A stretch of 22,010 nucleotides of DNA from Nitrososphaeraceae archaeon (GCA_044870765.1 JBIOZG010000020.1:1-22010), one strand, 5' to 3'; counted from the first letter of the stretch, positions 8,282-17,066 are shown. A program made the numbers and translations. Notes: generated from the letters alone by a model not told the origin.

Positions 8282-8470
8282 GCGTTATTGTGATAGATAA
8301 TAAAGAATAATCTATTCACTCTTAATTTTTTTATAATAATAAAACTCCAATATTTTCATTTCATCCCTCCCATCAGATTAGATAAATTGCGGTAGAGAAA
8401 TCTCCTAAAATCGTTTTATACTTTTTCGACCTGGATTCATTATCAACACTGCATCAGCAACCCCGCTGGT

Positions 8471-8492
8471 GAGATACAGTGGAGATACAGTG
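8471..8492. repeat. Perfect 11-bp tandem duplication
   Basis: GAGATACAGTG at 8471-8481 and 8482-8492 in the convergent intergenic region. Confidence 0.9.
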
Positions 8493-8577
8493 GCAACTTG
8501 CATCTTATCAGGAAATCTTTTAGTCTACGTAACTTAGTTAAATTAGATATCATAAAGTGCATTCAGATTTTTAGTTC

Positions 8578-8781
8578 CTATATTTCATAGATAACTAGTG
8601 CAGAATAATTGACATCTGAATTTTGTTTAGCGTCCTGCAAAAATTTGGAGGCAGAGGAAAATTTAATGTCAATAAGTCTGAATGTGCTGCCATGTTGTTT
8701 CGTCAAGTCCTCCATAAATTTATCAATATTATCCGTTACCGAGATTATCTTGTCAGATTCAAAGCCTATTGTCCGTATCAT
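8578..8781 (-). CDS. Small protein, Cse60 (Spore_Cse60)-like
   Basis: 67 aa with ATG start; pattern of an N-terminal beta strand, I(D/N)xF(M/L), IDIK(F/Y)S and terminal YSALVIY, as in the Cse60 family. Confidence 0.65.
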   Translation of the reverse strand: MIRTIGFESDKIISVTDNIDKFMEDLTKQHGSTFRLIDIKFSSASKFLQDAKQNSDVNYSALVIYEI

Positions 8782-8883
8782 TTCGAATCTTTAGGATCTA
8801 GTGGTTAAATGCTTTATTTGTCTTGTCCCTCTCCCGCAGGTGATATATACATTAAATCAAATATCCCCTTCCACACAACCAAT

Positions 8884-9606
8884 ATGATGGGGTCACGCTA
8901 CGCTCCTCGCTTCGGAATATCACTTGGCTTGGGTATATTACGTGAGTCATGGGAGGCACTAATTCAAAGTAATATGGAATTTCCGGAAGTCTTTGAAGAT
9001 TATGAAAAATATCACTCCACTGTTAACACGGGTAATTTATCAAGGGCTAGGCTAGTGGAAGACTGGATTGAACCAGGTGCAACAGTACTGGACGTTGGAG
9101 TAGGAGACGGAACAGTTTCGGAATATTTGATAAAGAATAAAGATGTTAAAGTGACTGGACTGGATATTTCAGCAACAGCATGCGAAAAAGCAAGGCAGCT
9201 TGGAATAGCAACAGAAATACGAGATATTACAAATGGTCTGGGCCTTTCTGATGATACCTTTTATGATTACATACTGTTGTTGGAAGTAATTGAACATACG
9301 GCGTATCCGCAAAAGATTTTGAATGACGCAATCAATCATGCAACAAAAGGAGTAATTGTGACTATCCCTAATAGTGCGTATATTAAATGGCGCATTCAGA
9401 TGTTAAGAGGGTATGTTCCACGGCAATCTTTTACACATTTACACTTCTGGTCTGTAAGGGATTTTGAGATATTTTGTAAAGAAGCGAATATTAAAATATT
9501 AGAATTTAGAACTTTTCTGCCCAACCATCTGATGAAATTCAAAAACCTTTTGGCATGGCAACAATGCTGGTTGTTATCTCCGAAGAGGAACAATAATCAG
9601 CAATGA
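8884..9606 (+). CDS. MetW-like class I SAM-dependent methyltransferase
   Basis: WIEPGATVLDVGVGDG (motif I), GLDIS, YDYILLLEVIEH and VIVTIPNSAYIKWRIQMLRGYVP..HLHFWSVRDFE, typical of MetW-like proteins. Start moved from 8809 to ATG 8884 (or 8887) because the upstream extension spans the TATA-like ATATATACATTAAA of the divergent promoter region. Confidence 0.85.
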   Translation: MMGSRYAPRFGISLGLGILRESWEALIQSNMEFPEVFEDYEKYHSTVNTGNLSRARLVEDWIEPGATVLDVGVGDGTVSEYLIKNKDVKVTGLDISATACEKARQLGIATEIRDITNGLGLSDDTFYDYILLLEVIEHTAYPQKILNDAINHATKGVIVTIPNSAYIKWRIQMLRGYVPRQSFTHLHFWSVRDFEIFCKEANIKILEFRTFLPNHLMKFKNLLAWQQCWLLSPKRNNNQQ

Positions 9607-9685
9607 CAGTGCAATTACTCTAAAGTACAAGACTAGCAACGGGAATTATTTTCTATGAATTGAAGTACGCATTGGTTCATCAAAT

Positions 9686-10582
9686 TTAGAGATTTAGGAT
9701 GCCCAAATCACTGTAAATTTTGGACAATTGAGAAGCTACGTTTACTGCATCATGTTCGCTGGGCAGGCCGCGACGAAATTGTAATTTATAATCCAATACA
9801 CTTAGCCCGCAAGCTAGAGTTTGCAGTGCTGTGCTACTTAAATTCTCTAAAATAATATCGTTGACATATCTGATATCGACGTATGTCCTATATCCTCTTA
9901 TAAAATCAGGAATGCCAGAATACATTATTGGATTCTTGGTCCTGTCAATTACCTCTATATTGAGATTAACCTGGTTCGCCCTGCAAAGGTCCAGGGTCTC
10001 TTGTATGTTTGTTACCTCGGAATTTATAGTAAATGCATCTTTCAACTCTCTCTCTGAATCATTATTTGGACTAAAATGTTCTATGTCTATAGGAATAGGA
10101 ATGTGGATGCTGTCGCTTCTAACCAATGGTAACAAATCAGGTGTAGAGACACATACTGCATCAGCTAATTTCTGAGCTTTTCTATGTCCAATCTTTTTCC
10201 TATAAAACATCTTGAGTTTAATCATTGTATCTGATAGCAATGATCGGTGAGGAAGCTCTTGTTTTTTTAATCCGCGAATGTCGGTTCCATGATAATGCAA
10301 AATTATCTTCTTTTGTCTGTGGAATTTCTTTCGCAGCTCAAACAGTATATCTATGTAGCCATGCACGTGAATTACATCAGCAGTTTCCGCTTCTTGGAGA
10401 CATGTTTCAGTAAATTTCTCATAGGTTACATTAATTAAATAATCTCTATAGAAATCATAAATTCCATACTTATCAAAAACATCCCTGTTCCAGATAACCT
10501 TGGCATCATGTCCCTGCTTTCGTTGATATTTTGAGTAAATGCACGCGACGCCAGCTGCATCAAGTATGTGCAATATGCGCAT
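9686..10582 (-). CDS. Glycosyltransferase, GT-B/GT4-like (compact)
   Basis: MRILHI, ADVIHVH, ILHYHGTDIR, VCVSTPDL, IPIPIDIEHF and ENLSSTALQTLACG (variant of Ex7E-A-CG). Confidence 0.8.
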   Translation of the reverse strand: MRILHILDAAGVACIYSKYQRKQGHDAKVIWNRDVFDKYGIYDFYRDYLINVTYEKFTETCLQEAETADVIHVHGYIDILFELRKKFHRQKKIILHYHGTDIRGLKKQELPHRSLLSDTMIKLKMFYRKKIGHRKAQKLADAVCVSTPDLLPLVRSDSIHIPIPIDIEHFSPNNDSERELKDAFTINSEVTNIQETLDLCRANQVNLNIEVIDRTKNPIMYSGIPDFIRGYRTYVDIRYVNDIILENLSSTALQTLACGLSVLDYKLQFRRGLPSEHDAVNVASQLSKIYSDLGILNL

Positions 10583-10674
10583 GTTTATTGAATTAAACTA
10601 TCGTCTAATAATCTATTACTTGGCACTTGAGTAACAAATATTCTCATGATTAATTCTTGATAATTTTACAAAAC

Positions 10675-11552
10675 TCAATTAGATAAATCCTCAACAATTA
10701 GCCGTAATCCTTTTCTGATCTCAATAGTGGGCCTCCAATTAAACGCCTTTGAAAGCTTTGTGATATCGGCTCTCATATCTGAAATATCAGGAATGGCCGA
10801 TTTGGGAAATTGAATTTTTATTTTATTGCCAAGTAATCTTGCAAGAAGGTCTGCAACTTGGTTCAGATTGTAGCTCCTTCCATAACCTAAATTATAAAAA
10901 TTATATTCCTTGGGGAAGTTGTGTAAAATTTTCTCTATTAGATACACAAATCAGTAACAAAAAGAAAGTCTCTTTTAATTTCTTTTCCAGATAATTTAAC
11001 TTTACGATCTCTTTCCATTTGATTGATGATAGAAAGAATTAGGGAACGATCTCTAGAATCAAGCCCAATATACATAGAATGGACTCAAAGTTACTATTTT
11101 AATATTAAAGTGTTGCGAATAACTTTGGCAAATTTTTTCTGCAATTAATTTACTGGTATTGTAAGGAGAATGGGGGATTTACAACATGCTTTTCATCAAT
11201 CGGAAGATATTGAGGTTCACCGTATACATAGTTACTGGCATAAATCAATTTTTTGATATTCCTAATTCTTGCAAATTCAAGCAATTCAAGCACGTTGAGG
11301 GTTCTTATTACATTAGTAAAGTAAAGCTTTATGCGGTTCTCCAAACGAACCTGAAATAGAGGTCTTTGCAGCAAGGTAAACTACTGTATTCACATTTTCA
11401 ATTGTTGGGAACTGGTCGACATTGGTTAAATCGATAAGTTTTCGATTTTTGGCAGTAGTAACAACATGGAATCCAACTTCCTTTAAACTCCTAGATAATT
11501 GTCTTCCAACAAATCCTTTACTTCCAGTGGGAAGTACTTTTTTAATTTTAAT
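10675..11552 (-). pseudogene. Frameshifted NAD-dependent epimerase/dehydratase (extended SDR) pseudogene
   Basis: Reconstruction: KKVLPTGSKGFVG..VVYLAAKTS / YFTNVIRTLNVLE..YVYGEPQYLPIDEKH..NP / HSPYNTSK..VTLSPFYVY / GLDS..KRDFLFVTD / VYLIE..YNLGYG..RADITK..WRP. Frameshifts near 11320, 11174, 11067 and 10948; no canonical start codon. Confidence 0.92.
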
Positions 11553-11564
11553 TTGGAAAATTTG

Positions 11565-12527
11565 CTAATACAGCCATAACTCTGATTTGTAGTTTCTATA
11601 CCAATCGATTAGTAAAGCAAGGCCTTTCTCAAATTGTATCTTTGGTTTGAATTGTAATAGTTTCTTTGCTTTTGAAATGTCTGCAATTAGCCTTTGTACT
11701 TCAACTGGCCTGGGTTCGACGTGAATCGGTCGCAAGTTTTTGTCTCTTGCACCATGTTTGATAACCATGTCTGCAATTTCTTTTATGGATATTTCTTTAC
11801 CGCTACCAAAGTTTATCCCATTTTTACCTGGATTACCTTTGGATCTAAGTACAGTATCATAAGCATACACGGCATCCTTCACAAACATATAGTCCCTGGA
11901 TTGTTTTCCGTCACCGTAAATAATAGGGGGCTTGTTTTGTAATACTCTATTTATGAATATTGCTATCACGCCTCCGTAGCCTGTATCTTTTTGTCTGGGA
12001 CCAAAAAAATTGAAACATCGAATAATGTCTACTCCAAGATCATAAGTTTCATTATAGGTATAACATAATCTGTCAGCAGCAATTTTACTTACTCCATACG
12101 GATGTTTTGCAGATAGTGGGTGTGACTCGTCCATTGGAGCATATTCAGCAGATCCATAGACTTCGCTTGTTGAAGAAAATAATATCTTGTCAATATCATT
12201 CATTCTGGCAAACTCCAAAATTTTCAGGGTTCCACCGAGATTAATTTTAAAAGTCTCTTCCGGATTGACGATTGACCTATCGACATGGATTTGAGCTGCT
12301 AAATGAAAAATGGCATCAAAATCATTTGGTAGTTTAGAATATACTTCGTTCAGGGCGATGTCTCCACGAATAAATTTAAAATTCTTTTTGTGCAGAAGAG
12401 TGCGGACATTGTTGAGGTTTCCATTCATCAAATTATCCACTCCGTATACCAGATTTTTATCGAGAACATACTTTTCAGACAGGTGACTTCCCAGGAAACC
12501 CGCGGCACCTGTTATGAGAATTTTCAT
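11565..12527 (-). CDS. NAD-dependent nucleotide-sugar epimerase / 4,6-dehydratase (extended SDR)
   Basis: ITGAAGFLG, HLAAQIHVDRS, STSEVYG, YGVSK (YxxxK), RCFNFFGPRQ and GDGKQSRDYMFV motifs. Confidence 0.95.
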   Translation of the reverse strand: MKILITGAAGFLGSHLSEKYVLDKNLVYGVDNLMNGNLNNVRTLLHKKNFKFIRGDIALNEVYSKLPNDFDAIFHLAAQIHVDRSIVNPEETFKINLGGTLKILEFARMNDIDKILFSSTSEVYGSAEYAPMDESHPLSAKHPYGVSKIAADRLCYTYNETYDLGVDIIRCFNFFGPRQKDTGYGGVIAIFINRVLQNKPPIIYGDGKQSRDYMFVKDAVYAYDTVLRSKGNPGKNGINFGSGKEISIKEIADMVIKHGARDKNLRPIHVEPRPVEVQRLIADISKAKKLLQFKPKIQFEKGLALLIDWYRNYKSELWLY

Positions 12528-12770
12528 AACTTTTTTGTCTCCTTAACATCAAAAATGAATCTTTGCATTTAATCGCAGTAATACCTGTCTCTTTTAAAAA
12601 TGTAATATTCTAACCTGCGAAAGACTCGAGAAAAATTTAATTCAATTATCAATTATAGATATTTCGGTAAATTCTAATAATTGTAGTAATAAATCAAACG
12701 ATATATTTGTTATCGTACTGTAGACTTTTTCGCATACAAACTTGTACTGTATTAGCAATAGGATGATAGT

Positions 12771-13910
12771 ATGAAGATTCTTCACCTATCTGATGATGGA
12801 CTTCCGGATTGGAGGGTTGAAAAATCTGCTCTAACGGCAAAAAAAGCCGGCCATGAAGTATTTTTTGGTGGACGCCTGAACAATAATGCTAAATCTACTA
12901 TATTTTCGGAAATTCATCGGATCAATTGGACAGCCGGTGCGATGGTAGGGATTCCCTATTATTATCATCGTGTCAAAAGGCAGATTGAAAAGTTGGTGAA
13001 ACAATTGGTGCCCGATATTATACATTCACACAATATTGGTTCTGCCAAAATAACACAAGATCTTGGACTTCCTGCAGTGTTTGATGACCATGAGTACTTT
13101 GGGATGCTCTCACGAGTAAATGCGGAGAATATCAATTTCCAAAACAACCCGAATTTAAAGTCTGGATTTGACAGAATCAAGCAAAATATGAAAGTATCAT
13201 TCATCTCGCGGCAAAGCATTTCTAATTGGACAAACTGGGAGAAGGAATTGATTCTTTCAGTACCAACGATAACTGTTTCAGAACAGATTGCAAATGAATT
13301 GAGAGAAGTGGCTGATGGGAAAACCAAAGAGATAATTGTGGTACCTAATTTTCCTCTGGAAACAGAAATTTCGTTTAAAGAACCACAAGCACATGGACAT
13401 TTATCTTCTGTTTATGCGGGAGGTGACAGCAAATATAAACAGGTTACTAACAGGGATATCTCTGGATTAACCAATCTATTTGCAGACAATGACATTGGAA
13501 ATTTGACAATCATAGGATGGGAGAATGCGGAATCATCGGAAAAATACAAGGCAACTGGGTTTCTCACAAGGGACAAAATGTTTTCTGAAATGATCCAAAA
13601 CTCCATAGGATTGATACCTTGGAAGAAACACTGGTCTCATCCCTTTTTGAATCCAAACAAGGCATACGAGTATGCGCATGCAGGATTGTTTGTCATGTTG
13701 ACTTCCGATCTTAGATCTGTTGCTAGCACTTTGGAAGATAATTGTTTAACATTTGAAGATTATGATGACTTGGCTTCAAAATTAGAGTATTTTAGATCAA
13801 ACACTGATGAACTATATGAGAGAAGATTGAAAATATTCAACTATGCTAGAAAGAATCTATTCTGGGAGAAACATGAACAAAAGATTATGGATGCGTACAA
13901 ATTGATTTGA
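12771..13910 (+). CDS. Glycosyltransferase family 4-like (GT-B)
   Basis: MKILHL..DWRVEK.A, PDIIHSHN, VFDDHEY, ITVS, VVPNFP and PNKAYEYAHAGL (PNKxxEYxxxG). Confidence 0.87.
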   Translation: MKILHLSDDGLPDWRVEKSALTAKKAGHEVFFGGRLNNNAKSTIFSEIHRINWTAGAMVGIPYYYHRVKRQIEKLVKQLVPDIIHSHNIGSAKITQDLGLPAVFDDHEYFGMLSRVNAENINFQNNPNLKSGFDRIKQNMKVSFISRQSISNWTNWEKELILSVPTITVSEQIANELREVADGKTKEIIVVPNFPLETEISFKEPQAHGHLSSVYAGGDSKYKQVTNRDISGLTNLFADNDIGNLTIIGWENAESSEKYKATGFLTRDKMFSEMIQNSIGLIPWKKHWSHPFLNPNKAYEYAHAGLFVMLTSDLRSVASTLEDNCLTFEDYDDLASKLEYFRSNTDELYERRLKIFNYARKNLFWEKHEQKIMDAYKLI

Positions 13911-14003
13911 TTTTTCGTTTATATCGATATAGATCATGTATGACTGATGTTATAGTTTGAAGTTAAGAATTCAAAAAACAAACAAACTGATGAGCTGTGA
14001 GAT

Positions 14004-15209
14004 TCACAAGGAATATTTTGAACTTACTTCAAATGTTATGTACATTTTATACCATATTTCAAGACTTAATAGTTGTAACATTTTACTTATGTATCTGAGA
14101 TCACATGTCTCATCTATCCTTTTAATTGAGCGATCATAAAAATCACGGCTTATAATTTTGTCACGAAAAATACTGGCGCTGGACAAAGTCGATATCACAA
14201 TTTCTTTTGCATTAGTTATCCAAAGTTTTTTCAAATCCATACCAAAACCTATTTTTGTATCAGCTATATTCTTAGCTTCAAGACGTGATAGGATCTCTCT
14301 TAACGGTATTTTTCCTATGTTACTTTCCTTACTAAATTTGATTGAGGGAGGAATCCTGAATGACATGTCAATAATTTTATCATCCAAGATAGGGGACAGG
14401 CCAGTTACTCCAAAATAATTAAAAAACTTGTCATTGGTAGGAACAAAATCATAAGTTAGTTTACCACTGTAGTCTGCCAAGAAAACTTGGTCTAATGGGT
14501 TCAAATCATTATCAAAATAGATTTTTAAAATTTTATAGATTGAGGACCAATCGAATTTAATATTTTCTCCAAAAATTGTTTCTTGATCTGGAACCCAATC
14601 CCTCTCATGACATTCTAGATAATGACTCACACGTCGTTTCCAATCGTCTCCTTCATTAAATAATTTTAGAAATTTAGTATATCTAAAAGTATAACCACCA
14701 AATAGTTCATCTCCGCCATCACCTGTAAATAGAATGTTAGAGTATTTTTTGGACTTTTCTATGAAGTAGTATTGATACAAATTCCATCTTGGTTCTTTAA
14801 TTATGCTAATCAAAGATGGTAAATCTTTAAGTAGATTGTCTACAGTAACGTTATAAAAATCTGTATCCTTTGATTCAGCAATTTTCTTAGCATAGGTTGA
14901 TTCGCTCGTATCATCAAAACTAACAGAAATGCATTTGATATCTAGTTTAGGATATTCATCCCTTATTAAAGATAGCATTAGATTGGAATCAACACCTGTA
15001 CTTAATGCAAGTGAAATTGTTTTTGACTCAAATTTGGAAATATTATTGTTAATGATCCGTCTCAGTTCCTTTTCTATTTCTTTTGAAGATGGATAGGTCT
15101 TGTTTCTCTTGATTTTAACTTGGTCAGGGACAACTTTGGGGACTGATGTCTTAATTTCTATAGTAGGATCATATCTCAAAGTCAGCATATTTCGAATATC
15201 AATCAACAA
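14004..15209 (-). CDS. Asparagine synthase C-terminal (ATP-dependent amide ligase) domain protein lacking the glutaminase domain
   Basis: PP-loop ALSTGVDS, FTGDGGDELFGGY, SPILD, GKIPLR and KIGFG; only about 60 aa precede the PP-loop and there is no N-terminal Cys/Ntn domain; TTG start. Confidence 0.9.
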   Translation of the reverse strand: MLIDIRNMLTLRYDPTIEIKTSVPKVVPDQVKIKRNKTYPSSKEIEKELRRIINNNISKFESKTISLALSTGVDSNLMLSLIRDEYPKLDIKCISVSFDDTSESTYAKKIAESKDTDFYNVTVDNLLKDLPSLISIIKEPRWNLYQYYFIEKSKKYSNILFTGDGGDELFGGYTFRYTKFLKLFNEGDDWKRRVSHYLECHERDWVPDQETIFGENIKFDWSSIYKILKIYFDNDLNPLDQVFLADYSGKLTYDFVPTNDKFFNYFGVTGLSPILDDKIIDMSFRIPPSIKFSKESNIGKIPLREILSRLEAKNIADTKIGFGMDLKKLWITNAKEIVISTLSSASIFRDKIISRDFYDRSIKRIDETCDLRYISKMLQLLSLEIWYKMYITFEVSSKYSL

Positions 15210-15554
15210 AAAGTATGATATTTTCCTACAATAAATTACTTGGGTTACAGTTCTTAAAATCTTAATGGACTAATTCTTCAAGCTTTAGCAATTTTATTCA
15301 ATTAAAATGCAATCTTTAGAAATTCTAAAAATTCCGAAAAATAATTAAGAAATCTTAAATTAGCGATTCATGACCAAATTAGCTGATGCTACGGAGGCAT
15401 AGAGAGACTACTTTATCTTTGATCTCTAGTTTCGAACTTTGTCAAACGTTAATTGAGTTAGGATCGAGCTTGATAATAACAGTAAGAGGCGTAGCTTCTT
15501 GCATTATCTTTATGAATAAACTTAACCTAATGGAGAAAATAAATGAATAAGCCA

Positions 15555-15599
15555 AGACAACAAATGGACAGACTACAAATGGATAGACAACCAATGGAA
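15555..15599. repeat. Imperfect 15-bp tandem repeat, three copies
   Basis: AGACAACAAATGGAC / AGACTACAAATGGAT / AGACAACCAATGGAA. Confidence 0.85.
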
Positions 15600-15638
15600 A
15601 AGATAAAGGATCACAAACCGGAATAACTGAACAACAAA

Positions 15639-17066
15639 TTGACATACATTAACAAATATTCCTGTTTATTTGTTTTCTCAGCAGCACTAATCCTTAGACT
15701 TATTCCAGAAATATTAGCATATCCATATCCGATTGGATACGACGTAATTAACTATTATTTACCTATATTGAAAAATTTTAATGATTATTCATCAGCAATA
15801 TCAAATCAATTCCCATTGTACATATCATTACTTTACACAATATCATCAACAATGAAAATTGACCCAAGAATTGTTATAACTTCTGCAGTAGTACTCTTAT
15901 TCGGATTATTTTCGCTAGTTATATTTTCAATAGCAAATAAACTCTTACATCTTGATAATCTACAAAGTGTCTTCTTGTCAATATTTCTAATATTCCAGTT
16001 TTCAGTATTGAGAACGTCGTGGGATCTTCACAAAGACTTATTTGCCATTACTCTTGCGTTCTTGTGTTTTTACTATATTGAAAAATCTCAAAACTGTAGA
16101 AAGGTGTTAGCAGTCATTATGCCATTGGGTATACTTGCTGTACTTGCAGATAGAATGATTGGTTTTCTATTCTCTATCAGTCTCATAGTTTCTTCGATTA
16201 TGAGAAGAGATAGGATATTAGGATCTATTGCGATTTTCATTACAATAGTATTTGGTTTCTTTCTTATTACACATTTTGATCCTATTGCAATTAATTTACA
16301 ACAAGCAGGGAATAAAGATAAACTAAATGAAATCTATAATCCCGTAAATCTTATTGTACTGTTTTTGGTAATGAATGCTATTTTGTTACCAGCAGGAGTA
16401 GTTGGTCTATTGAAATCGAAATCAAAAATGAATATTTTCAAGATCCCCTTTTTTATTTCATTAGTGGCCTCATTTTCATGGGTCTTATTTCCAAATACAT
16501 CGGCATTTCTGCCTGATAGATGGATTACCATTTTCAGCATTTTTCTCTCTTTATTCTCTGGATATGGATTTGTATTATTAATTGAAAAAGGCTATATCGC
16601 AATTTCTAATAAAAAATTAATCAACTATCTCATGATTCTAATTCCGTTTATATTTCTCGGATCAGCTTTTGCAATGAGCCCAAATAATTCTTATCTTAAC
16701 ATCTACGGGGTCTTCCATCCTTATATAAGCCAGTACGGTCCATTGACAATGCAATCTAATTCGATATCTTTACCTGAATCAAGATCACTATTGTCGGCAA
16801 TTGAATGGATAAACAATCATACTCAGGAGGGTTCAGTAATAATGGGTAGCAAGCATTTGAGAGGTTGGATGGAGCTAGAATTAAAAGGAAGAACTTTTCT
16901 GTTCGCTGATAACAACAGCAGACTTTTAGACTCAAACAAATATCGCGAATTGTACTTGTTAGACTTAGATTCTAGGCAGGCAACAGAAATACCGGAAAAT
17001 TATTTGCAAGCATTATCTTACAATAACGCAGATCTCTCGCTTTATCATTTGAATCGGATTGAATAA
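15639..17066 (+). CDS. Polytopic membrane protein, probable GT-C-fold glycosyltransferase
   Basis: About 11-12 hydrophobic segments; acidic motif after TM1 (YPYPIGYD); SWDLHKD and PDRW loops; C-terminal soluble domain AIEWINNHTQEGSVI; TTG start; located in a glycosylation cluster. Confidence 0.75.
   Translation: MTYINKYSCLFVFSAALILRLIPEILAYPYPIGYDVINYYLPILKNFNDYSSAISNQFPLYISLLYTISSTMKIDPRIVITSAVVLLFGLFSLVIFSIANKLLHLDNLQSVFLSIFLIFQFSVLRTSWDLHKDLFAITLAFLCFYYIEKSQNCRKVLAVIMPLGILAVLADRMIGFLFSISLIVSSIMRRDRILGSIAIFITIVFGFFLITHFDPIAINLQQAGNKDKLNEIYNPVNLIVLFLVMNAILLPAGVVGLLKSKSKMNIFKIPFFISLVASFSWVLFPNTSAFLPDRWITIFSIFLSLFSGYGFVLLIEKGYIAISNKKLINYLMILIPFIFLGSAFAMSPNNSYLNIYGVFHPYISQYGPLTMQSNSISLPESRSLLSAIEWINNHTQEGSVIMGSKHLRGWMELELKGRTFLFADNNSRLLDSNKYRELYLLDLDSRQATEIPENYLQALSYNNADLSLYHLNRIE

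Noticed and set aside
8609-8883. Plus-strand ORFs 8609-8794 and 8623-8808, and the 8809 start of the methyltransferase
   Set aside because: The two ORFs are antisense shadows of the Cse60-like gene, and the 8809-8883 extension covers the probable promoter.
11565-11567. Amber read-through (pyrrolysine-type) fusing the two SDR genes
   Set aside because: The downstream gene has four frameshifts, no pyl genes are present here, and in-frame adjacency has a 1-in-3 chance.
13987-14014. CTGATGAG followed by a TGTGA/TCACA hairpin resembling a hammerhead ribozyme core
   Set aside because: The stem II closing pair fails, GAAT replaces the required GAAA, and I could not build stems I and III.
15442-15645. 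67-aa minus-strand ORF with PFVV repeats; the 15-bp repeats as a CRISPR array
   Set aside because: The ORF looks like an antisense read of the tandem repeat; the repeats are contiguous, too short, have no spacers, and no cas genes are present.
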